DNA of 64,000 bases from an uncultured Legionellales bacterium. GTDB lineage: Bacteria; Pseudomonadota; Gammaproteobacteria; JAHCLG01. Under the pieces are notes generated by a model. The model was given only the letters and a program-made list of their open reading frames with translations. It was not told the origin of the DNA and did no database searches. Positions 49,796 to 58,844 of the stretch are shown here, piece by piece. The stretch lies in contig CAYGUK010000005.1 of assembly GCA_964352985.1 (NCBI GenBank), forward strand, positions 125 through 64,124. Direction: 5' to 3'. A program made the translations under genes and the position numbers. How positions within the stretch are numbered: position 1 is the first letter of the stretch; every line of letters starts with the position of its first letter.

Positions 49796-49902
49796 TGACT
49801 GTCAGGATCAATTTTATTCATACTAGCAGCATCGAAATAATCTTCTCCGATCATAGACTCATCTATATCATCAATAATTAATTCAAACGCATCATCTTGC
49901 AT
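49792..49902 (-). CDS. Candidate small acidic peptide ORF (36 aa, MQDDAFELIIDDIDESMIGEDYFDAASMNKIDPDSH), convergent with tfuA and overlapping its stop codon.
   Basis: Hand translation of the minus strand. It is below the 60-aa cutoff of the ORF track. No RBS could be confirmed. Confidence 0.15.
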   Translation of the reverse strand: MQDDAFELIIDDIDESMIGEDYFDAASMNKIDPDSH

Positions 49903-50077
49903 CACTATATCCTCTAGACAAATTAAGACATAAATTATGAGTATTCCTTACTATATACATAATTTACTTTGACTTTTTATACTTTAATGGCTGAAATTTA
50001 TCCAAAAATTTCATATATCGCTGTATTTTAACATAAAAACCCGAATTGGTATATATTTATCATATACATATGTCGGT

Positions 50078-51427
50078 TTATTTATTTGATATTCTTATAC
50101 ATCCATGAAAAAACAAGGAATGGATGGGAAAAGATAAATCTTTACTAAGTTCCCCTTTATATGGCATGTTACTAAATCTGTTATCTTCATCAATCAACTC
50201 TAAAATATCACCATTAATATCATCAGTATCTGATTTTGGATGAAAGAAATCAAATTTAACGCTGTTAATAATGTTATATAAAGGAGTATTGGTAATATCA
50301 CAATGAAATTTTTTATCTATGACAAAATCACAAAAGTTATCCATCAATTGTTTTAGTGCCTTAAGCTGTTTTACAGTTTGTTTCGTTGTTGCTTTTTTGA
50401 CGGTTTCATAAAAAAATGTGGGTTTTTGTAATGAATAATAAACAGGTAATTTACCGCTATAATTGCATAGCTCCATAAAGACTGGTAGATGAAATCTGAT
50501 TTTATAGATATTTAAAAATACATCTATTAATTCACTCACTGGGCCAGAAATATTAGAAGTAGCGGGAATATAACCAGGTGCTTCACCCAGCGCAATATTA
50601 AATAATTGTTTAGCTATATGTAAAGTTTCAGCGTCATTACGGACAACTAAAGGTTGCTTTAATAAAAATGTTGACCAAATCATTTCATGGATATATGAAA
50701 AACGTTCGAAATCTGTTGCATTCCAAATTCTATAAAGCAAACTTCTGTTAAACCAAACTGTATCGTTATTAAGATCAACAAAATCTTTACTAAAAAATAA
50801 TATCTCATTTGACCATTCAATTTCAGTATTAGTACTATTTATTATGTGTTCAAGTAACTCCCATTGATCCAATAAATCATTAGGAGTTAAATTATCAGGA
50901 ATATTTAATCGATCAACTAATCGTTTATTGCCGATTGCATCTTTAGTGCTAGGTAAAAGAATCAATGATCGACAACCTGATTTTGTAGAATAAAGCTCTG
51001 GTACGAAATAAGGGTGTGGCTTATCATCAAAAATAGATAACAGTGAAAATAATTGACCTGGCCTTTGTAACATAAACGGCATAACTTTCGATGTATATGC
51101 CATATGTGATTCCGCAGTATTTTTACTAATAATTCCAAATGGAATAGTCGACCATCTGTATTGCAATAACTTGGCGATTTTTGAGTTTTTAGACAGTTCT
51201 GAAAAAGGAGTAATGTTACCTTCAATATTTAATTGGAATTCCCCTCTTTTTATTATGTCAGCTCCATAAGGATATGTAACTTTAATTAACTTAAAGTTAT
51301 CAATACCCTTAACATCTTCAGCCTCATTATAAAACCAAGGATTAATTTTTTTTACCTGAAGCTTTACATCAGACCATGTAACAACTTCCAAGCTATTTAT
51401 TTTTGACATTATTAACCAACCATCCAA
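50078..51427 (-). CDS. Hypothetical protein (449 aa), co-transcribed with the upstream transporter gene.
   Basis: ORF overlaps the transporter gene's 3' end by 35 nt. No recognisable motif. Confidence 0.4.
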   Translation of the reverse strand: MDGWLIMSKINSLEVVTWSDVKLQVKKINPWFYNEAEDVKGIDNFKLIKVTYPYGADIIKRGEFQLNIEGNITPFSELSKNSKIAKLLQYRWSTIPFGIISKNTAESHMAYTSKVMPFMLQRPGQLFSLLSIFDDKPHPYFVPELYSTKSGCRSLILLPSTKDAIGNKRLVDRLNIPDNLTPNDLLDQWELLEHIINSTNTEIEWSNEILFFSKDFVDLNNDTVWFNRSLLYRIWNATDFERFSYIHEMIWSTFLLKQPLVVRNDAETLHIAKQLFNIALGEAPGYIPATSNISGPVSELIDVFLNIYKIRFHLPVFMELCNYSGKLPVYYSLQKPTFFYETVKKATTKQTVKQLKALKQLMDNFCDFVIDKKFHCDITNTPLYNIINSVKFDFFHPKSDTDDINGDILELIDEDNRFSNMPYKGELSKDLSFPIHSLFFHGCIRISNK

Positions 51428-52808
51428 ATCTAGATAATATTATAAATATAATTATCGAAATGCCAAATATGATATACACATACGTATAAAGTTTATAACT
51501 ATCACTTAGAATTAAACTGTTTGATAAAGTGTTTGTATGACTAAATTTTATTAGATAGTAAGCACAGACAGCTGCTACTGAAGATACAAATTGTATTAAT
51601 CCCATATAAAAACCTTGTTTACTAGAACTTTTTGCAATATCCGAAACTTGAGATTGTAAAGTTGGGAATATTAAAAATTCACCAACTGCAATGAAGCTAA
51701 TACTAATAAAAACCCAATAAACTGGTATTCTTTCACTCTCACTATATAAATAGTGAATATTTCCCAAAATAAAAAATGCAATAAATATAGCTACAAGACC
51801 AAAAACTAACATGTATGAAGTATTAAGTTCTCTTCTTGAAAATAATTTAATTATACCCGTACCAAATAACATATTAACAATCGGATCAACCATTAAGGCT
51901 ATTAGTGGTGGAAAATATATGCCAAAAATAGTTTCATTAACATGGTTATTTAAGAAAATAGAAAACTGGTTATAATATATAGCTATTGCTAACCAATATG
52001 GAAAACAACAAAGAAAAAGCAATAATGAAAATTTAAGGTATTTGCTATTTTTCGTGGAGAATGAATCTTTTAAAACAAGACAAACACAAACGATAAATAA
52101 CCCTAAGATGAAGTATCTTGTATAATCCCTAAACTGCATTAATAAGTAACAAAATAATAAGAAGAATATAATAAAACTATACTTTACAAAAACATTCCAA
52201 TTACTTGTATCATTACTATGGATATCTACAATTTTACGACTACTAAGAGATAATAAATTTAAAATTAAACATAATGTTCCAGCTATTAAAATTAAAGCAC
52301 TATGGCAATATATACCACTTATTAGAATGATTAATCCAATTAATGCTCCTAAGTTTAGCATCACCTGGTATATATTATTTGCTTGGTGTCGTTTGTTACT
52401 TTCACTGTAATGTTTATTTATGAATAAGTTTAAATTAATACAATACAAGGCCGCACCAACAATAAAGAAGGTTAATGCTATGATTACTAATTTCTTATTG
52501 AACATTGAAAATAGTGAAAAACCTAGACATGAAAGTATTACGCCAAATAACATTAACTTTTTATGGCTTCCTAGTTTCGGTGATATAACACCAAGTAATA
52601 AATTTGAAATATAAAATAATGCTGAAGCAGTTGTACTAACTGAGTAAGCGTACATTAGTGAAAAACCATTCTCTTTAAGTAGTAATGATAAGCCAACCTT
52701 AATTACAATATATCCAGCCATAAAAAGGGATTCAGCAAACATTAATCTTTTGAAGCTGTCATTATCAAAACTTAATATCAAAATGTATCCTATTTTTTTT
52801 ATTACCAC
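51393..52808 (-). CDS. Polytopic membrane transporter, MFS-like (about 12 TM).
   Basis: 471 aa, hydrophobic throughout, with roughly 12 predicted helices in two halves. No specific subfamily motif identified. Confidence 0.5.
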   Translation of the reverse strand: MVIKKIGYILILSFDNDSFKRLMFAESLFMAGYIVIKVGLSLLLKENGFSLMYAYSVSTTASALFYISNLLLGVISPKLGSHKKLMLFGVILSCLGFSLFSMFNKKLVIIALTFFIVGAALYCINLNLFINKHYSESNKRHQANNIYQVMLNLGALIGLIILISGIYCHSALILIAGTLCLILNLLSLSSRKIVDIHSNDTSNWNVFVKYSFIIFFLLFCYLLMQFRDYTRYFILGLFIVCVCLVLKDSFSTKNSKYLKFSLLLFLCCFPYWLAIAIYYNQFSIFLNNHVNETIFGIYFPPLIALMVDPIVNMLFGTGIIKLFSRRELNTSYMLVFGLVAIFIAFFILGNIHYLYSESERIPVYWVFISISFIAVGEFLIFPTLQSQVSDIAKSSSKQGFYMGLIQFVSSVAAVCAYYLIKFSHTNTLSNSLILSDSYKLYTYVYIIFGISIIIFIILSRFGWLVNNVKNK

Positions 52809-53111
52809 TTTAAATGATAAATAGTTAAAACTTAAATATTTACAGCTAGTGTGTAATAGTTAATCACCTTTATAATAGCTGCACAAATATTATCATATTC
52901 TGTTAATTGATCTATAGCTTTGTGATACAAATACTAATTTTAATTCATTTATGTAAATATTTTTTTCGCTTACCTATTGTAATTTGTTCATAATTTGAAC
53001 AACAATAAACTAACTTGTGACCATGTCAAAAATCGCTTGTTGATTCTTTGTGAAGAAATCGATATATACACAGCTAATTAAATATTAAAAAATAGTTAAA
53101 AGGAAAGAGAA

Positions 53112-54029
53112 TTGAAAAGTGTAAAAGTCATCGGTCTTGTGATGTTTTTTCTTTTGTCTACTACATCATTTTCGTGGAATTTTCGAGGCCATGTTGTCAT
53201 TGCTCAAATTGCTTATAGCCAACTTTCAACAACACAACAACAGGAACTCGATCAACTTGCAGAAAAGATCTATGAAAGATTGCCAAAAAAAGCAAAGGCG
53301 ACGATAGCAAAACAATATCCTGGAGCGAATCGTTTTGCACAGCTTGCGTTTTTACCTGACTACTGGCGACTGTGGAAAATTAAAACTTTATTTCACAAAT
53401 TCGATTCACCGATCCCGAGTGATCTCGTTTCAATCGAAAATCAGTCGACTAAATCATGGCATTTTATTAACCTAGATTTCCCGAATACTGGAAAATGCCA
53501 GATCACAAAAAAATACAATATTGAATGGGCGATCCCTGTTTTAATTAATGATATTAAACTTGCAAAGAACGAAAACGAAAAAGCATTACTTTTAATTGAG
53601 CTTTCTCATTTAGTCGGTGATGCGCATCAACCTTTGCATGGCTATTCACGTGTAACGAGTAGTTGTGAAGAAGATCAAGGTGGGAACAAAGTTTGTTTGT
53701 ATCAAAGTAGGAATGGACGTTGCTCGCTCAGCTTACATGCACTGTGGGATAGGGGAGTAGGTTATATTCGTAATACTCGTAAAATTAAGCAGCTTGCAAA
53801 AACAATTAAAATTAAATTTCCAGAGTCATCATTATCGAGTTATTTAAATAATCTAAATCCTAGTGATTGGGTAAATGAAAATTATCATTATTTAAGTTTT
53901 ATCTATTCAGCAAAATCTGAGCCTTTAACAAAACAATATAAAAAAGAAGGTAAATCAATTGCTGAGAAGCAAATGGCTATAGCTGGGTATCAATTAAGTA
54001 AAATAATTGGTAGTATATTTGGAAATTAA
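53112..54029 (+). CDS. Secreted S1/P1-family zinc-dependent nuclease.
   Basis: Signal peptide, then 'WNFRGHVVIAQIAY' (the mature N-terminal W and H are zinc ligands). 'HLVGDAHQPLH' is the S1/P1 signature. Confidence 0.75.
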   Translation: MKSVKVIGLVMFFLLSTTSFSWNFRGHVVIAQIAYSQLSTTQQQELDQLAEKIYERLPKKAKATIAKQYPGANRFAQLAFLPDYWRLWKIKTLFHKFDSPIPSDLVSIENQSTKSWHFINLDFPNTGKCQITKKYNIEWAIPVLINDIKLAKNENEKALLLIELSHLVGDAHQPLHGYSRVTSSCEEDQGGNKVCLYQSRNGRCSLSLHALWDRGVGYIRNTRKIKQLAKTIKIKFPESSLSSYLNNLNPSDWVNENYHYLSFIYSAKSEPLTKQYKKEGKSIAEKQMAIAGYQLSKIIGSIFGN

Positions 54030-54500
54030 ACATATTACTCTAGCTAATTCAAATATATTTAAAAATATTTTGAAAAAGATAGAACAAATCTTTAATTTTC
54101 TATAGGTAGTATAGAAGATGAGAAAATTCTTTTTATTTAAAGTTGAGGATCATTTCCAAATATCTAATTGGGGGCTAGTGATTTCTCCGGGAATCCCGCT
54201 CGAGCATTATGAAGGACCTAGAGATATTAGGCTTTACCTAAAGAAACCTGATTGCAAAGAAATTGAAGAAACGGCAGAGATATTCTATTCATTTCCTAAA
54301 CCTACGCCAGTAAAAAAAATGCTTACCATTTTATTTCCACACCTGAAAAAAGAAGACGTCCCTGTTGGAACTGAAGTTTGGTTTATTTCGGATAAATGAG
54401 GAATTTTGAGCCTTTAACAAAACAATATAAAAAAGAAGGTAAACCAATTGCTGAGAAGCAAGTGGCTATAACTGGGTATCAATTAAGTAAAATAGTGAGT
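53918..54500. repeat. About 95-bp imperfect direct repeat (53918-54013 and 54405-54500) duplicating the nuclease gene's 3' end around a small ORF.
   Basis: Both copies read GAGCCTTTAACAAAACAATATAAAAAAGAAGGTAAA(T/C)CAATTGCTGAGAAGCAA(A/G)TGGCTATA(G/A)CTGGGTATCAATTAAGTAAAATA. They diverge only in the last ~20 nt. Confidence 0.8.
54118..54399 (+). CDS. Small hypothetical protein located between the direct repeats.
   Basis: 93-aa ORF, no motif. Confidence 0.3.
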   Translation: MRKFFLFKVEDHFQISNWGLVISPGIPLEHYEGPRDIRLYLKKPDCKEIEETAEIFYSFPKPTPVKKMLTILFPHLKKEDVPVGTEVWFISDK

Positions 54501-54576
54501 GAATTATTGAAATAATTAATTAAATAAATGTTTAAATATTTTAGGGAAAATAAAGTCAAGGAAAGGATATAGGCGG

Positions 54577-54948
54577 GTGAAAAAGGCAATACAATTATTT
54601 TCCTTAAAAATTAAAAAACATATTTTTGTACTATATGAAGTCAATAAACATCCAAAAACACCTAAAAGTGCCAAAATAATAATAATGATTGCCCTTGGAT
54701 ATGCTTTAAGTCCTATTGATCTTATTCCAGACTTCATCCCAGTCTTAGGTTATTTAGATGATTTAATTATTTTGCCAATGTTAATTTATTTAGCTCTTAG
54801 ATTTATTCCATCTGAAATCTGGAATGATTGTGTTATAAAAGCTGAACAAAATGAAAATAAACTACCTAAAATATGGTTAGTTGGGGGACTCATAATTTTA
54901 ATTTGGGTATCAATATTAATTTATCTTTTAGTGAAAATTTTTCAATAA
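54577..54948 (+). CDS. DUF1232 (YkvA-like) membrane protein.
   Basis: 'SPIDLIPDFIPVLGYLDDLIILP' is the DUF1232 signature. It is flanked by TM segments. Confidence 0.55.
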   Translation: MKKAIQLFSLKIKKHIFVLYEVNKHPKTPKSAKIIIMIALGYALSPIDLIPDFIPVLGYLDDLIILPMLIYLALRFIPSEIWNDCVIKAEQNENKLPKIWLVGGLIILIWVSILIYLLVKIFQ

Positions 54949-55260
54949 ATAATAAGTTAATATTGTTCATTTTTGTAATCTTTCTCACACAATACTTTAA
55001 GCTTGAAAATATTTAAAATGTTGTCATTATGTGTTTAAAAGAGGATGTGACATTCTTTTAAGTGAGATTGATAATCTTGCCTACAATATTTTATATTATC
55101 AATCTCGCTTTTTTTATTAGCTAACGAGAACAAACACATTGCGATTACTAATACGTAGAGAACAAAATGAAAAGAATTACCTAATATAGGGATGTTTGAG
55201 GTACTAATAGTTTTAATTTTGGTATCAATATTAATTTCTTTAATGCATCGAGTAAATTGA

Positions 55261-55677
55261 ATGAATGAATTAAAGTTTACAATAAAATCTAACCCTAGTT
55301 CGGAAGAACAGAGGGTTATTCGTGATGGCATCATAGAATTTAACCAATCAATCATTAGTGATAAACCAAGTTGCTTTAATATCTTTGTTAAAGATAATGA
55401 AAATGTTATAGGTGGTGCAATTGTTTATCAGCATAAGGATGCACTATATATCGATGTTTTATGGTGCATGGAAAGATATAGATTTAAAGGGATCGGCTCT
55501 AAACTTATTGCAATGATTGAAAACGAAGCAAATAATAAATCTATCAAAAAACTATTTGTTGATACATTTGCTTTTCAAGCGGAGGAATTTTATAAGAAAC
55601 ACGGCTTCTCGATCATAGGTATTATTCCGGAGTATTTGCTTGATCATGATAGAATTTTTATGAGGAAAGATCTTTAA
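55261..55677 (+). CDS. GNAT-family N-acetyltransferase.
   Basis: 138 aa. 'RYRFKGIGSKLIAMIENEA' is the acetyl-CoA-binding motif A region (R/Q-x-x-G-x-G/A). 'KHGF' is at the C-terminus. Confidence 0.65.
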   Translation: MNELKFTIKSNPSSEEQRVIRDGIIEFNQSIISDKPSCFNIFVKDNENVIGGAIVYQHKDALYIDVLWCMERYRFKGIGSKLIAMIENEANNKSIKKLFVDTFAFQAEEFYKKHGFSIIGIIPEYLLDHDRIFMRKDL

Positions 55678-55910
55678 ATGGTCTTCTGACATAAAAGTTG
55701 GCCATATTTTTAAAAAAATCAGGCTATGTCTTGCTTAGTTGGGCGAGAAACGCAAAACACAACTTGAGTTGCATTGACCACTTGAGCTATCGCATAATAT
55801 GATATATTATTACCAATAAGCTTTCTTATCGGAACCTAGATCCTAAGCGTTCAGAACGTTCAAGTCGTGGTAATTTAACCACGTAAATCAACTATTGATG
55901 GAGAACGTTC

Positions 55911-56984
55911 ATGAAGGTTCAACAAGTGAGAAATTATCACGGTTTAACGCTTTGGATAGTTATTGATGATAGCTATTTGCCCGTAGCACCTATTACAGAG
56001 TTTATAATCTATCTTGCCAATACTGAGAAATCACCATTTACCATTCGATCTTATGCGAACCATTTAAAGCTATTCTGGGATTATGTAGTAAGCAATAAGA
56101 TTAATTGGCAAACAATTAAGTTAAATCAATTAGCAAGCTTTATAGCGTATCTCAGACGCCATAATGTTGATGATACGGTTATTGATATTACACAAAAAGC
56201 TGATAGGAAAATATCGACTGTGAACACGATTTCATCGTGTGTATGTAGTTTTTACCAATATCATAATCAAGTTGGTCACACTTCAATAGATTTCACAGAA
56301 TCCACATTTTATAGTGGTAGTCGTTATAAAGGCTTGTTGCATCATCTTTATCGAGGAAAACCGACGCGTAAAAAAATATTAACCTTAAAAAATGTTAAAG
56401 AAGCACCAAAAACAATTACAACAGAGCAATTTAATAAACTAATAAATAATTGTTGTAATAAACGTGATATTTTCCTTGTGACATTATTATTTGAAACAGG
56501 ATTAAGAATTGGTCAAGCATTAGCTTTAAGACATGAAGATATCGTTAGCTGGGATAATATTATTAATATTAAGTATCGTTATGATAATTTAAATAACGTT
56601 AGAAACAAATCTAAAAGACAAAATATTATCCATGTATCAAATAGTTTGTTAAACGCCTATACAGATTATGTGATTTCATTAGAGCAAAGCAAAATTGGTG
56701 AATATGTTTTTATTAACTTAAATGATTATACGCCTTTACGATATTCAGCTGTTAGAAAGCTATTTTCAAGATTCACTAAACAATGTGGTTTCAAGGTAAC
56801 ACCACATATGCTTCGACACAGTCATGCTACACAACTAATTGAGGCTGGCTGGGATAGCTCATTAATACAAAAGAGACTTGGCCATTCAAGTGTTCAAACA
56901 ACCATTAATACATATGCGCATATTGATAACAAAACTTTAAAACAAGCCTACAAAGAATATCAAAATAGCAAGGAGGTAAAATAA
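55911..56984 (+). CDS. Tyrosine recombinase (TnpA-like, Tn554 family).
   Basis: 'HMLRHSHATQLIEAGWDSSLIQKRLGHSSVQTTINTYAHI'. 357 aa. Confidence 0.8.
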   Translation: MKVQQVRNYHGLTLWIVIDDSYLPVAPITEFIIYLANTEKSPFTIRSYANHLKLFWDYVVSNKINWQTIKLNQLASFIAYLRRHNVDDTVIDITQKADRKISTVNTISSCVCSFYQYHNQVGHTSIDFTESTFYSGSRYKGLLHHLYRGKPTRKKILTLKNVKEAPKTITTEQFNKLINNCCNKRDIFLVTLLFETGLRIGQALALRHEDIVSWDNIINIKYRYDNLNNVRNKSKRQNIIHVSNSLLNAYTDYVISLEQSKIGEYVFINLNDYTPLRYSAVRKLFSRFTKQCGFKVTPHMLRHSHATQLIEAGWDSSLIQKRLGHSSVQTTINTYAHIDNKTLKQAYKEYQNSKEVK

Positions 56985-58396
56985 TGACTATTCAAACAAC
57001 AAAGCTAAAATCATTAAGTATTTCTTTTAATGATAAACAGGAAAAACTATTGAATAAAAATAGATGGCATGTAAGTGATATTAATTTAGCTGCTGATAAG
57101 ACTCATAGCACATATTACTTAGACTTTAATAAAATAAGCATTGATTGGTTAAGACAATGCGCTAAAAAGTTCGTGATATTTCAATCTGTGACAAAATCTT
57201 TAGCATCATGCAAAGCGTATATCACGTCCCTATTCCATTTTAATAGTTATTTACTAACATTAGATATCATTATTAAACAAGAAAATGTTAATAGACAACT
57301 GATTGTGGGATATATTGAATATCTTTCCGCATCTAAACTTGGTGTTGTGGCCAAACAAATAGCGCTTATTAATTTACGAACATTTCACCAAGTTGTATTA
57401 CAAGAAGAGTGGTTAAGTTGGCCAGAGAGGCCACTAATCTATTCCAGTGATCTACCAAAAAATATTAATAATTACCCAAGATTTATACCGGAAACTGTAA
57501 TCAAACAGTTATTGAAACATATTGTTAATTTACCAGAATATCTCCAAGCAATAGTTATTGTCTTATTGGAAACTGGTCGAAGAGTCAGTGAAGTAGTTGC
57601 CCTACCCGTTGATTGCTTAGAGCAAGATTCTGATAAAGATTGGTTATTAAAAGTTTATGAAAGAAAAATGAAACGTAAACGATTATTACCTATCTCTGCT
57701 GAATGTTTAAAAGTGATAAAAAATCAACAAAAGAATATTAATAAACAAAGTGATTCGACTTATTTATTTCCATCTCGCCGTAAAGATTCTAGTAGTTCAC
57801 ATATTACCGCTAGATACATCAATATGGTATTAAATAAATTATCAGATAAATACAATATTGTTGATGATAATGAAAAACGTTGGCAATTTTCATCTCATCA
57901 GTTTCGCCATACTGTAGGAACGAGAATGATCAACTCTGGTGTTAGTCAATTTGTTGTTCAGAAGTATCTAGGTCATGAATCACCAGAAATGACAGCAAAA
58001 TATGCTTATATCCATGATGAAACAATGAAGAAAGCATATTTTGATTTTAAGAAAAATATGATTGATATTAATGGTGAGATAGTCAGAAATGATAAGTCAA
58101 TGCTTGATGTTCAGTGGTTAAAAAAGAACATCACTACACAAGCGCTGCCTAACGGATTATGTGGCTTGCCACTAACACAAAATAAATGTCCTCATGCTAA
58201 TGCTTGCCTAACATGTTCTAATTTTAGAACAAGCAAGCAATATATTAATCAACATAAAAATCAACTTAAAGAAACTGAAATAATTATTGAAAATGCCAAT
58301 AAAAATGGTTGGACAAGAATAGTTGAAATGAATACTACTGTCAAAGAGAACTTAACTAATATAATTGAAACTCTTGAGGAGCAAGAGAATGAATAA
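56984..58396 (+). CDS. Tyrosine recombinase (TnpB-like, Tn554 family).
   Basis: 'FRHTVGTRMINSGVSQFVVQKYLGHESPEMTAKYAYI'. 470 aa. Its start overlaps the stop of the upstream recombinase gene. Confidence 0.8.
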   Translation: MTIQTTKLKSLSISFNDKQEKLLNKNRWHVSDINLAADKTHSTYYLDFNKISIDWLRQCAKKFVIFQSVTKSLASCKAYITSLFHFNSYLLTLDIIIKQENVNRQLIVGYIEYLSASKLGVVAKQIALINLRTFHQVVLQEEWLSWPERPLIYSSDLPKNINNYPRFIPETVIKQLLKHIVNLPEYLQAIVIVLLETGRRVSEVVALPVDCLEQDSDKDWLLKVYERKMKRKRLLPISAECLKVIKNQQKNINKQSDSTYLFPSRRKDSSSSHITARYINMVLNKLSDKYNIVDDNEKRWQFSSHQFRHTVGTRMINSGVSQFVVQKYLGHESPEMTAKYAYIHDETMKKAYFDFKKNMIDINGEIVRNDKSMLDVQWLKKNITTQALPNGLCGLPLTQNKCPHANACLTCSNFRTSKQYINQHKNQLKETEIIIENANKNGWTRIVEMNTTVKENLTNIIETLEEQENE

Positions 58397-58778
58397 TGAT
58401 AAAATTAATTCAAGGCAAATTAATGCACTAAAGAAAGCGACAGCCAATAGAAAAGCAGATATTTTTGTGCGTGTTAATGAAGCATTAAAATTAATGAAAC
58501 AAGATGAAATCCCTATATCATTCCAATCTGTCGCTAAATATGCAAATGTATCCAAAACAACACTATATGCGAGATCAGAGTTAAAATCTCTAGTTGAGCA
58601 AGAACGAAACAATAATGAAAATATTAATCGCTTACACGAAAAAGATAAAGTAATCCTTCGACAAAAAAAAGAAATATCTGTTTTGACTAAACGTGTTGGT
58701 TATTTACAAACAGAGTTATCTGAACTTAAACAGCAGTTAGAGGTGATTTATGGTAAGTATTTGACTAATATCAAATAA
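58365..58778 (+). CDS. Small HTH/coiled-coil protein (TnpC-like accessory protein).
   Basis: 137 aa. HTH 'ISFQSVAKYANVSKTTLYA', then a coiled coil. It overlaps the 3' end of the second recombinase gene. Confidence 0.5.
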   Translation: MKLLRSKRMNNDKINSRQINALKKATANRKADIFVRVNEALKLMKQDEIPISFQSVAKYANVSKTTLYARSELKSLVEQERNNNENINRLHEKDKVILRQKKEISVLTKRVGYLQTELSELKQQLEVIYGKYLTNIK

Positions 58779-58844
58779 ATACAAAAGATTATACCACCTT
58801 ATAGAGTATTTGTAGTTTACAATAATATTTACTAAGCTAAGAAT

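Larger units (their letters stand above)
55911..58778 (+). mobile_element. Tn554-like transposition module: two tandem tyrosine recombinases plus a small HTH protein (TnpA/TnpB/TnpC-like). The element borders are not defined.
   Basis: Three co-oriented, overlapping genes of 357, 470 and 137 aa. Both large proteins carry R-H-R-Y boxes. The architecture matches Tn554 tnpA-tnpB-tnpC. Confidence 0.5.

Noticed and set aside
53918-54500. Polymorphic-toxin 'orphan C-terminal module plus immunity' interpretation of the nuclease 3' duplication.
   Set aside because: The duplicated copy differs only in the final ~7 codons. No alternative toxin domain is encoded. A simple duplication or insertion is more parsimonious.
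55725-55805. Possible tRNA-like or att-site sequence (GCGATAGCTCAAGTGGTCAATGCAAC on the minus strand) upstream of the recombinase trio.
   Set aside because: A D-loop-like AGCTCAAGTGG segment is present, but no T-arm (GTTCGAATC-type) or matching acceptor stem could be found by eye. It is not a supportable tRNA call without a covariance-model search.
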